Below are positions 12,979-23,371 of a stretch of 64,000 nucleotides of DNA, piece after piece. The DNA is taken from positions 23,374,001-23,438,000 of the forward strand of contig NC_088806.1 of assembly GCF_011386835.1 (NCBI RefSeq), read 5' to 3'. Under the pieces are notes generated by a model that was not told the DNA's origin, searched no databases, and saw nothing but the letters and a program-made list of their open reading frames with translations. The first letter of the stretch is position 1. Each line of letters opens with the position of its first letter. The DNA is from Chrysemys picta bellii (Eukaryota). Made by a program: the position numbers and the translations under genes.

Positions 12979-13292
12979 CTGCAAATACAAAAAAACATGG
13001 TAAACATTGAGTTAGACAATGCAGATTTCATATTCGAAACCTGGAACTTTGCTTTTCTCTCTTTCGTCCCCAAATAGGGGTTTGATTGTCCATAGTCTGT
13101 GACCTTATATTTTCAAGGTGCTTTCATACCTAAGTATTGTTAATGCCATGATGTGCATGTGCATCCCCCATGGGGGTCAATAGGAAGTCAAGTCCATGGA
13201 CTTCCACTAATCACGGGTTTCTTTAAAGGTAAAGTCATCTGCAGTGAGCTTTCTCACTACAGTTGTGATATAAGATAAATGATAAAAGGTTT

Positions 13293-13689
13293 AGAAAACA
13301 AGGCCTAGGAGGAAAGGTAGAAAGAACTCCGCATAGTTATTCCAGAGAAGAGAGGTCTGAGGGGGAACATAAGAGCCTTCACATATGTAAAGGGTTTTTA
13401 TAAAGGAGGTGGTGTTTAATTGTTCTCCATGTCCACCAAGGGTAGGACAAGAAGTAATTGCCTTAATTTGCAGCAAGGGAGAGTTAGGTTAGCTATTAGG
13501 AAAAAACATTGTAATGATAATGATAGTTAAGCCCTGGAATGGTTTTACAAAGGAGGTTGTGTAATCCCTGCCACAGGACGTTTATAAGAGCAGGTTAGGC
13601 AAACATTTGTCAAGGTCTAGGTTACTTGTCTCAGCGTGCAGGGATGACCTCTTAAAGTCCCTTTCAGCACAACATTTCTATGATTCTAT
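13293..13689 (+). mobile_element. 5'-truncated CR1 LINE 3' end (ATP12A intron 3)
   Basis: CR1 3' ORF2 remnant and terminal atttctatgattctat tail. Confidence 0.85.
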
Positions 13690-14098
13690 ATTGTTTTACT
13701 GAAGCCATCTGTTTAGATTGAGACCTATCCGATTCTGAATACCGGGTCCAAACTCCCTCAGACTCTGGGAAAGTTTAGATCAGGTCCAAACATTGGGGTC
13801 CAAGCTTTCCAATAGTGTTGATTTAAAATGCTCAGAAATTTCTTCAAACGTCAGAGATATTCATATCAAAATCCAGATCTGAATCACTCTATCTGGGCTG
13901 ATCTCTGTTTTCAGTATCTGTTGAGAGTTAATACCTCCCGCCTGTAAAATGTTTTGTTTTAATAATGATTGTGGGGCTCCTACTAAGCCAGCCGATATCA
14001 ATGCTTTTCCACTGAGCTCAGTGGGCTTTGGATCAGGCCACAGATGAACTAAGGATACTTGATTCATACCGTTCCTTGCTCATATCTTACTCACTCAC

Positions 14099-14158
14099 CT
14101 TGCTGATGCTGGTAGTGTATTTTTCCTCCAGCTCTTCTTTGCTGAGTTTGTGGTCATC
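14099..14158 (-). CDS. ATP12A: ATP12A exon 3 (DDHKLSKEELEEKYTTSISK)
   Basis: cag|GAT...AAG|gtgag, 60 nt, DDHKLS motif. Confidence 0.95.
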
Positions 14159-14974
14159 CTGAAGGACAAAAGAAAGAGAGAAAAGAAGTGAGCAGACTGT
14201 CTTAAAGTGGGTCTGAAAAATTCAGTATTTCTGGGGTTGAGGAGCACTGAAATTGCCCTGGGCTCTTGGCTACTGGTCCAGCTGCCAGTATATGGTGGTA
14301 TGCCTCAAGGAGTGGTGGCAAAGGCTTGATCCTTCAAAGGAAAGCAAGAACCACCTCCCTAACCACACAACTAATTATGTCGAGCTGCATACTTGGAAGA
14401 TGGAGTTGGAAATTCCCCTTTCATGGCTGCAGGTCATCCATCATCTTAGACACTAAAGCATAATTTCTATTTTGAAATACTTGACAGATCAGAGACTACA
14501 GTGACGGGAAGCCATCTACATACAAAAATAGACGCAGTGCAATCTTTTGGCTTAGCATGAGACACTGGGAGTAGAGATGGTCAGGGAATGTTTTTTTTCT
14601 CAAACCCCCTTCCCCTCCCTGAAACAATTTTTTGTCAAAATTTCAATTTTTTCTGAGCAGCTGTAGCCGAAGAGCTAGGACTTCTGGATTCTAATCCCAG
14701 CTCTGCCATTTACTCATTGTGTGACCTTTTACAAGTCGCATCACCTCTCTGTACCTATCCAAATGTGAAATGGGAGTCACAACAAATATCCACCCCACTT
14801 TTGTAAAGTGCTTTGAGCTTGTCAGGTTTTAAAAGCTAGTGGAGTGCGAATTAGCATTGGGAAATGGTGTCCACATTTTTTCAGCACTTCTGTAACTCCC
14901 TCTCCCGCCAGCCTCCTCCACAGAGAAACTCTTTGCAGGGTATGTCTGCATGGCAATCTGAGGTGTGACTGCAG

Positions 14975-15394
14975 CAGAGCCCTGCAACCTGACAGGACCT
15001 GACCACAAGTGTGGGGCTCAGGTAGTTCAGAAAATAACCCAACCCTGTCGGGCTCAGATCAGCTCTCCTCCTCCTGCCTGTGGGGTTGGCACGCAAGGGC
15101 TACATGCCCCGCTCCCACAGGCCACCGCCACTTCGCTGTGCTGTGCATACCGAGGAGTTGCAGTACTTCTTGCTCTGCAACATGCGCCCAGTGCAGCAGG
15201 GGGCAGAAGTGGGGCATGCAGCTGCCAGCCCACGCGACCACCACTATACCAACCCCATGGGCAGTAAGTGGTGGCAGCGCTGACTCAGGTTTGGGGGGAA
15301 GATTTAGGGTCAGGTCGGAAAACAACCTGACCATCTCAGGCTTGGGTCCAGTTGGGTGGACTTGGGTCTGAGGAAGCCTCTGGACAGCACTCTA
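14975..15394. mobile_element. Probable non-autonomous DNA transposon (GC-rich); source of local spurious ORFs
   Basis: Ends cagagccctgca / acagcactcta resemble turtle MITE TIRs; no TSD seen. Confidence 0.4.
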
Positions 15395-16089
15395 TTTAAC
15401 CCCGCCTAGGGCTCAAATGGCTAGCTTGTGCTCCCGCAGCTTCACTGCTATTGTTACATCAGGCTAGTTCAATCGATGCTAGCTCAGGTGTGTCTGCTAC
15501 ACACAATTACACCTCCGATTATAGTGTAAACATATCCTGTGTGATGCTGGTTGTGATGAATAACTCTGCTTCATTTAGATAAGATAACTAATCTTAAAAT
15601 CCCCAGATGCTGTAGGCCTCAAAACACTAAGCACTTTAGTCAACATGCTGAATTAAGAAGTGCTACCGTGTCTGTGTGTGTGTGTACTAAAAAATTGTTG
15701 CCCTTATCTGATAGGAATGGGGTCTGAACATTAGCAGTAACATGTCTCATGTGCAGTCATGCACTACAGTCTTCTAGCCAGAAGCAGCAGGTTATTGCCA
15801 TTGGTAGAAAGGGGTGGTCGTAGGGGGAGACTTGACAACTTGTCTCCTTTCCCTGCAATGACATCCCATGGGTATAATGCACTTGATTAAATGTAGCGTG
15901 TAGCTACAGAGATCGGAATTGGAATGAAGGAAGGAGGAAGTACAGAGATCAAACAGATACCATTCAGGAAACAGTATGGGAGTTTTAAATGCTCTATGTA
16001 AAGGGATGTTCTCAGGGTTGGCAAACAGGCCAGATCATCCATTAACATGACAGCAGTTTGTCCTCAGTTCCCCTCATAACAGCATCAAG

Positions 16090-16270
16090 GGGGGGGATAG
16101 TTCAGTGGTTTGAGCATTGGCCTGCTAAACCCAGGGTTGTGAGTTCAATCCTTGAGGGGGTCACTTAGGGATCTGGGGCAAAATTAGTACTTGGTCCTGC
16201 TAGTGAAGGCAGGGGGCTGGATTCGATGACCTTTCAAGGTCCCTTCCAGTTCTAGGAGATAGGATATCTC
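16090..16270 (+). mobile_element. Tortoise polIII-type SINE (tRNA-derived head + CR1-like 3' tail)
   Basis: A box TAGTTCAGTGG (16098), B box GAGTTCAATCC (16141), CR1-like tail gatgacctttcaaggtcccttccag. Confidence 0.88.
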
Positions 16271-16924
16271 CATTAATTTATATTTTATAAATTTATTTAT
16301 ATTTTATCATTTAAAAAAAGTAGGAGGAGCTTGCAAACTTTAATTAGGCCTCACAATACCCCCGTGAAGTAGACATATAGCCATTTTACATATGGGGGAA
16401 CCGAGTCACAGTGAGGTTAACATGGCCAAGGACCCCAATGAGTCAGATGGTACCCCCACAAATCCTTTAACTATACTTTCTTCCTTTTCTGGACTATAAA
16501 AGGCAGAACTTACATCAGAGGTGTTAAAATATGACAGTTAGTGAGATTATTAATGTTTCCATCTCATCCTGTTGGAAATCTAGTTTATTGGAGTGAAATT
16601 GTTGTTTATTTGTACTATAGTAGAACTGAAGCACCTTGGTCATGGATCAGAGGCCCATTGTGCTAGGCATGATAGAAACACAATCCAACAGAAATTTTGT
16701 GGACTTCATTTTGGTTTTGGAGAGAGACAGGGGATAAAATTTTCAGAAATGCACAAGTCCCATTTTCAAAGTGACATAGGCACCAGAGAGCCTAAGTCCT
16801 GCTGACCTGTTGGTACCTAATTCACTTTTGAAAATGGAATGTAGGTTCCTAAATCACTTAGGAACTTTTGATAATTTTACTCGTAGTATAGTATAGTATT
16901 CTGAACTCAATCTTAGAAGCCAAG

Positions 16925-17125
16925 AACTCTCAAGTTCTCATCTCATCTCAGCTCTTACACAATGACTCTCTGTCACTTTGACTGAGTAAATTAACTTATC
17001 TGTGCCTCAGTTTCCCCATCAATAAAATGAAAATAAGAACACTCCTTCACTTCATTGGAGGGGATGGATATTGAGAATTAATTACTTGGTGTTTGTAAAG
17101 ACCTTTGAAAGATGAAAAGCACCAC
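16925..17125 (+). mobile_element. CORE-SINE (MIR-like) remnant
   Basis: Core motif tgtgcctcagtttccccatc..taaaatg; boundaries approximate. Confidence 0.7.
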
Positions 17126-17189
17126 GCAAGTACTGTAGAATCCTTGGAAATACGTTTGTGGTTACTCAGTGCCCTTTGAAGGTACTGTA

Positions 17190-17390
17190 ATAATGCCTAG
17201 CTCTTATCTAATACTTTTCATCAGTAGATTTCAAATCACTTTATAAAGGAAGTCAGTATCCTTATTCCCATTTTACAGGTGGGGAAACTGAGGCAAAGAA
17301 AGGGGAAATGACTTGCCCCAAGTCACCCAGCAAGTCACCGGCAGAGCTAGGAATAGAACTCAATTCTCCTGAGTCCTAGCCCAGAGCTCA
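17190..17390 (-). mobile_element. CORE-SINE (MIR-like) remnant
   Basis: cccattttacaggtggggaaactgaggca...tgacttgcccaagtcac; boundaries approximate. Similar remnants at about 8095, 10895, 14675, 34575, 38990, 55185 and 60710. Confidence 0.7.
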
Positions 17391-17747
17391 AGCAACTAAT
17401 CCAATCTGCAATCATTCAGCCTGAAAAAGTTGCACTTCAATTTGGTACGCATTTCTTAGACATATTACCAGCTTCTGAACTGAGAGGTTTGGCTTCTGCC
17501 TTTCTATCTTTCTGTCAGTCTGCTCTATGCCAATGGAACCTTACCCAAAGAGGTGATGGTAAAATCCTGCTATAACCACTTCACCTAGGAAAATGCAGAC
17601 CTGATGAGAAGTGCTGGGAATAAAGGAGATACTGTTCCAACACCAGCTAATTTCTGCAAGAATCGTTCTGTTTATACAGGTCAGTTTGATCCTGCACCAT
17701 CAATAGGAGCAAAACATGCCACCCTTCCCTCCCCAAAGGACACTCAC

Positions 17748-17897
17748 CAAGTCCAGTTCTTTCTTAAGGTCATCTGTCTTCTTGCTTTTTTTCTTGTTGC
17801 CTTTCAGGTCTTTGTACTTTTCCTCTTCATCTTCCTTGTCTGTTTTCTCCAGATCCTGTGTGCCATGGATCTCGACCGAGTAAATGTCAGACCTTTT
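17748..17897 (-). CDS. ATP12A: ATP12A exon 2 (KRSDIYSVEIHGTQDLEKTDKEDEEEKYKDLKGNKKKSKKTDDLKKELDL)
   Basis: tag|...|gtgag, 150 nt. IYSVE motif and Lys-rich N-terminus ending in KKELDL are typical of X,K-ATPase alpha subunits. Confidence 0.93.
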
Positions 17898-19973
17898 CTA
17901 GAATCAGAAATGAGAAGGCAAGTTAGGTCTAACTGGTCTTCTTATGCTTCGTGTTGCCATGTGATCATAGGTACAGTAGCTAACAGGAGTGGGAAATACT
18001 GTGCCTAGCCAGGACCTCTAAGCTTTCCATGTTTTAGAGGTGGCTGCAGTCTCTTCCTCCTGGGAATTTGATAGTTCCTGGTGCTGTCCTGTACCTGAAA
18101 TTTCTATAGCATTAACGTACAGTGACAGCCAGATCGTCAGCTGGTGCAAATTGTCATAGATCCATGAACTTCAGTAGAGATATGGCAATTTAGGTGAGTT
18201 TGAGAATCTGCCCCTTAGGGTAAAAATATTTCCCAAGATCCATTGTCAATGCAAATCACTCAAAAATCATGGGTCAGGCCCCCCAAAAAGTCAGTAGATT
18301 GCCTTAAAAATCATGAAATTTTAAAAATAATAAAATGTTGGATTTTTTTATTTAATTTCTGCTGTTGGCATATTTAGGATTTGTGATTTCATGTTTAACT
18401 TTTTTTTTTTTTTTCAAATAAAAGCTAAGATTTCATATTCACCTAACTCCAGGAGCTTGTCCTTTAAGAAAAAACACCTCATATTGTCACACTCATGATA
18501 AAATCATGACATTTAGCAGCACTGTCTAATTGGCCTCTCAGTCATATAGTGATACCCTGAGGCAAAAACTGCACTGACTAGTTAGAGTGATCCTCTTGTT
18601 CACAGAATACTGGGAGAACTCTGCTTCCTTGTGCACAGAGCACAGAACAGATCAGGAGCTGATGAACTGTTAGCCCAGTTTTTGCCAGTTTTCTGCAGGG
18701 TACATAGAGCAGTTAAATAGCAACCCCCGGCATAGAGAAGCTGCCAAACCTATTTAACTGCATTAGATTTATTGATAAGCTATTTTCTTCTGCTGCCTCC
18801 TCACTACAAGCTAATAGCCCAGACTTAAGGGCAGGCTTCCTGCATTGTTAATTCACCAGTTTCTATAATCATAATTCCAGATCATAATTATTCTGTAAAC
18901 TGCCTGCCATTCTTTGGAAGAGCTGTCGGCTGACCCCATTCTCACTGGATTCCTTAGGGATTAATCTTTTGAGTTTCAGACTGAATCATACTTATTGGCT
19001 GAACTTCAAGTAGTGGCTTGTTCTACTTGGCTATGTTTGCATACAATGTGTATCTAATACATATATGTAAACTTCTGCAGAACGCTTTTCCATGTTTGGA
19101 CTTCCACACTGACAAAAGCAGATTTATTTATAACTGAACATTTTAATTAAAAAAATACAAAGCCAAACAGCTAAAATAATGGCTGTGTATATCATCTGAT
19201 AAGCACATGAGAAAATATTAATTCCTATGTTTCTGAACTAAAAACTACCAAAAAGAACCACATTTCAACCCCTAGGTGCACTTGAGTTTGAGGAATGCTG
19301 CAATTTTGATTATTTTTTTTTGAGGTGCATGGGGGTGGGGCAAGATACACAAGCTGGGGTTATCTATTGGAGTTATCTTTTTCACTCTCATCTTTCTCCA
19401 CCTTCCTTTCCCCATCCCACCAAAAATCTGCTCAGCTTTTCAAGTCTCCATGAAGAGAGGAAACTAGGAAACAACTCTATGGACTATAGTAACTTTAGCA
19501 GACCTAGGAGAGAAGATTCCTGGAGATAAGTAAAAGCTAATGAATTGTTCTGTCTTCCTATGCAAGATCTCCTTTTAGTTCCTAGAAAGGTTTTGAGGTT
19601 CCTCCTTTTAACCCTGAATTCTCAGACTTTCTCATATTGGCTTGATCTTTCATCCATTTGCAAAGGAGACATTCTCAACAGTATTTCCCCTTCCTATTTG
19701 ATCTTTCTGCTCTTCTGGGTTTAAAACACTTAGCGTTAGAACTGCTTGCAAAGACAGAGTGAAAGACAGAAATCTCTTTGGATCTCCCATCATTATGAAA
19801 CACAATAACCTGCATTTCTGACCCATTTTTCTCCTGCCTTAGCAGGCATGTATACAGAAAAGCATTTCAAACATACATACATTTTTAATTTCTCAAATAA
19901 ATTCTATTTCTTAGAGCTTAGCAGAAGAAACCAGATGTTTAAATAGCAGCTGTTTCAGTGAACGCTCACTCAC

Positions 19974-19982
19974 CTTTCCCAT
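19974..19982 (-). CDS. ATP12A: ATP12A coding exon 1 (MGK)
   Basis: Minus strand cacaaaa-ATG GGA AAG|gtgagt: strong Kozak (-3 A, +4 G), perfect donor, phase 0 joins exon 2. A 9-nt first coding exon matches the ATP12A architecture I recall. Confidence 0.85.
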
Positions 19983-20269
19983 TTTTGTGAGTTTATTCCT
20001 TCCCTGCTCTAGTGGAGCAAAGGATCTCTCAGGCAGGAAGATATATACTGAAGTAAGGTGGTTGGATGAAAAGGAAAAGTGGTATGAACGCAAGATGCAA
20101 GTAGCTCAGAATCGTTGTGGCTGTCAGAGTGCAAGAGCTCGCAGGGGTTGTAGCCTCTTCCCAACTGGAAAGCCAATGTTAGCTGGAATCCTCCCCGCAC
20201 TTAGGCATCCTTCAGGCAGGACAGGTTTGCCTTCCAAAGCCTGTGGGGAGAGAGTGCTCTTTATGTCCC

Positions 20270-20279
20270 TTTATAAATA
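20270..20279 (-). promoter_or_regulatory. Putative ATP12A TATA box (TATTTATAAA); predicted TSS about 20240-20250
   Basis: Motif about 290 nt upstream of the ATG, with a GA-rich Sp1-like GAGGAGGGGAGGAGTGG just upstream (20293-20309). The TSS is inferred, not observed. Confidence 0.6.
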
Positions 20280-20950
20280 AGCATTTTGTCTGCCACTCCT
20301 CCCCTCCTCTTTCAGGTCCAGCCCATCTTCTGCTTCACCTGCAGTAGGGTGGAAAAATACCACAGTAATGGGCATGTGGGTTTCAGGTCAAATAGCTTCT
20401 AATTATTCCTTTGCAATGTTTGCTTCCAACTGAGGAACAGGTACATTATTCACCTTGTTAAAAGCAATGAGTTTCCTTCAGAGATTCGCCAGCATTGACC
20501 TCCTGCAAATGATTTCCCAGTATCTTCAAAACATGTGGCGGGGCAGAGAGGGTGTGGGCAACATTTGCCATTTACACTCCTTTAAGTGATCTGACGTGTA
20601 TCTGCACAGGGTCTCTAAAAATAACATCACTATGCCATTCAGGTACCAACAGGATAGGTGCTATATATTCAGTCAATAACTTTGGATTGTAATATCATAA
20701 GGGGCAGAGTGCTCCTTTAAACATTTATACTTTGACTTTTCTATTCTTGGTGTAGATGGGGTTTGTTTGCTCTGATTTTTAACCTGAGGTTGTAAAAAAG
20801 AAAAAAGAGAGGCAGCTGCTGCCCAGGGCTTTCTAAGCAAGTGCAGTTATCAGAACAGGGTAATTTTTTAAGTGTTTATCTTGCATCAGTCACAAGCTCT
20901 CCAAGTGAAATACCATATGCTCTGAGAGAGAAGATTTATGAAACTTTTTA

Positions 20951-23371
20951 TACCTGTATTCTGCACGCAGGTATGTATGCACTCTATGCACCCACATCTG
21001 GAAATTCTAACAAGCAGTGTCCGTTGGTCTACACATGCTCAGTAGGTCTCCTCGTGGTCCTGACCGAGGGCATAAGAGGCAGTGCGGACTGATGTCTTTT
21101 CAGTTCCTTCATACCACTGCTGACCAGAGTTGGAATCCTATGTCCACAGATTTCTGCAGTTTTTCTGATAGAACCTGCAAATTGATTTGTAAATAGTTTT
21201 ATACTTCATATCTTTTATATTAGGATAGCTAGCGTTTTATAGTATAGTTAATATAGCTCATTTTCCCCCGTGCTGGGGACTCCCTGCCCATTGTCTGGGA
21301 CTATGCCTGGACTCCTGGTGTTCAAGAATTGTATCTCCTGCCCTTGCACCTTCTCTGAGAGTGAGGATCACCAACACTGCCTCTATTGCTTGGGTGAGAT
21401 GCATATCTCTGCAAAGTGCAGTATTTGTTGCTCTTGAGCTTCATCTAAGGAAACATCTTATGGAGAAAGCTATATGGCCCCACACTGATCCGGGCCAGGG
21501 AAATCCCCTGTATATTGGCCCCAACAGATGAGCAGCACCCCGAGCCCCATGAAGTATGAGCTTAGAAGTGGAATCTGCAGCTCCTAAGCCCAAGGACTCT
21601 TCCTCCAGGGTTTCCTATGAGAGTAGGTGCACACTCACGGTTGCAAGGACAGATCCCCATCCAGGACCATCCCTCCCCGAGCCCGTCGAGTGCAGTTGAG
21701 CCTTCACGCGTCGATCCTAAGGGACCAGCACCACTGAAAACCTCCAGGCTGGAGGGCAAAGAACACAAGAAGAAAGATCTGCCAGCTCCAAAACACAAGG
21801 ACCATCACCCACCAGTTCCATATAGCAGTGCAGGTCCAGACTCCTCGTCAGTACCAGCTTGCTTATCCGAGGACCATACTACTTCCTGAGATGTGCTGAA
21901 ACCATTGGTCCCAACCGCCTAGACACCAGGACATATGGAGTCTCCCATCATCTCCGGCCCAGCCCTCCTGAGGAACATTATTACCCCTGAGGATGATACT
22001 ACTTCAGCGTCTCAGAAATTGCCTCATCTCCAAGCATCAGGAAGGAGTGCCCCTGAAACTGCACCACTATCCAAGCTGCATACCTTCCAGATGCTCAGAT
22101 CTCTTTTAACGGACAACCTCGGCAGGCACTTTTCTGTGGAGTGGGAGATTCACGACTCTGTCCTGGAGAAATATTCACTAAGTGAAGTACAACTCAATGG
22201 GATCTCTTTGTGTCCCAAATGAACAGAAAACTTTCTCTGTACTGTTCCAGAGGAGCTATGGGCCACAGCTCCGAGGGTGATACTGTCCTGCTGTCATGGA
22301 TGAATGATCTCAGGTATGTCTTTCTTCCCATTCCCCAACTACCACAGGTTCTGAGAAAGATCTGTCACAACTGTCCAGGAAAGTTGCATTCTTAGTTGAT
22401 ATCACGTTGGCCAGGAGGATGAGCGAGTTGGGAGCCCTCAAGGCAGAACCTCCTTACATGGTTTTTCACAGGGAAAAGGTATCCATTTGCCTCCATTCTA
22501 AGTTCCTCCCCAAGGTTATTTCAACTAAAGTATCCACTTGCCTGTCCTTCTTCCAAAACCCCACACTTTTGCTAAAGAGAGAAGACTTCATTCCCTCTAT
22601 GTCAATTGTGCCCTGCAAAGCACTCAACCCTATCAGAAAATCACCAAGACTTTTTCTCGCCATAGCAAAAGATCACAAGGTCAAGCAGTATCCGTTCAGA
22701 GAATCTCTACGTGGATTTCTGGGCGCATCATCAAATGCTACAGGTTAATAGACATACCTCGTCCTGACAGAGTCAGGGCACACTTTACAAGGGCACAAGC
22801 CACCTTTACAGCATCCCTGCAGGACATTCCAGTACTCGGCATATGCAGAGCAGCCACCTGGAGCTCCATGCACATGTTTGCTAGGCTTACACATTAGTTC
22901 AGGCCTCTGCTGTGGATGCAATATTGGGAACTGCAGTACTGAAAACATCTTTGCTGCCGGTTTCCTCATACCACCCTCCAGTCTGAGCAGTGCTTGACAA
23001 CGACCCACATGTGGAATATGCATAGGGACGAGCACTCAAAGAAGAAATGGAGTTTACTTACCTGCAACTGGAAGTCCTTTGAGATATGTGGTCCCCATCT
23101 GTATTTTACTACCCGCTCTCCATCCCCTCTGCTTCGGATCATATTGGATTCATGGTAAGAAGAGGAACTGGAGAGGCGTCAGCCCGCACTGCCTTTTATG
23201 CCCTTGTTCGGAAGCACGAGGAGATATACTGTGCATCTGCAGGCCAACAGACACTGCTTGTTAGAATTTCTGGACTCAAGAGCATGGTGCACATCCATAC
23301 CCATGTGTGGAATACAGACAAGGACCATGCATCTCGAAGAACTTCCAGGTACAGGTAAATAAATTCCATTT
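20951..23371 (+). mobile_element. Degenerate, internally deleted DIRS1-type tyrosine-recombinase retrotransposon
   Basis: Gag Cys/His start at about 21303 (MPGLLVFKNCISC...DHQHCLYCLGEMH). RNaseH-end/MT remnant at about 22110-22370 (DNLGRHF..EW; LLSW...YVFLPIPQL..VLRKI). YR remnant at about 22395-22900 (ITLARRMSELGAL, FLPKV, AHFTRAQAT, ICRAATWSS). ITRs 20951-21110 and 23161-23320 (120/160 identical, ungapped, by hand). ICR 23045-23095 complementary to 23321-23371 (41/51). Confidence 0.9.

Noticed and set aside
16090-16165. tRNA gene
   Set aside because: The A/B boxes run straight into a SINE body and CR1-like tail, so this is a SINE head, not a tRNA.
1344-19982. ATP4A or ATP1A paralog identity
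   Set aside because: Diagnostic stretches ([37 protein letters not shown]) and the exon sizes fit ATP12A.
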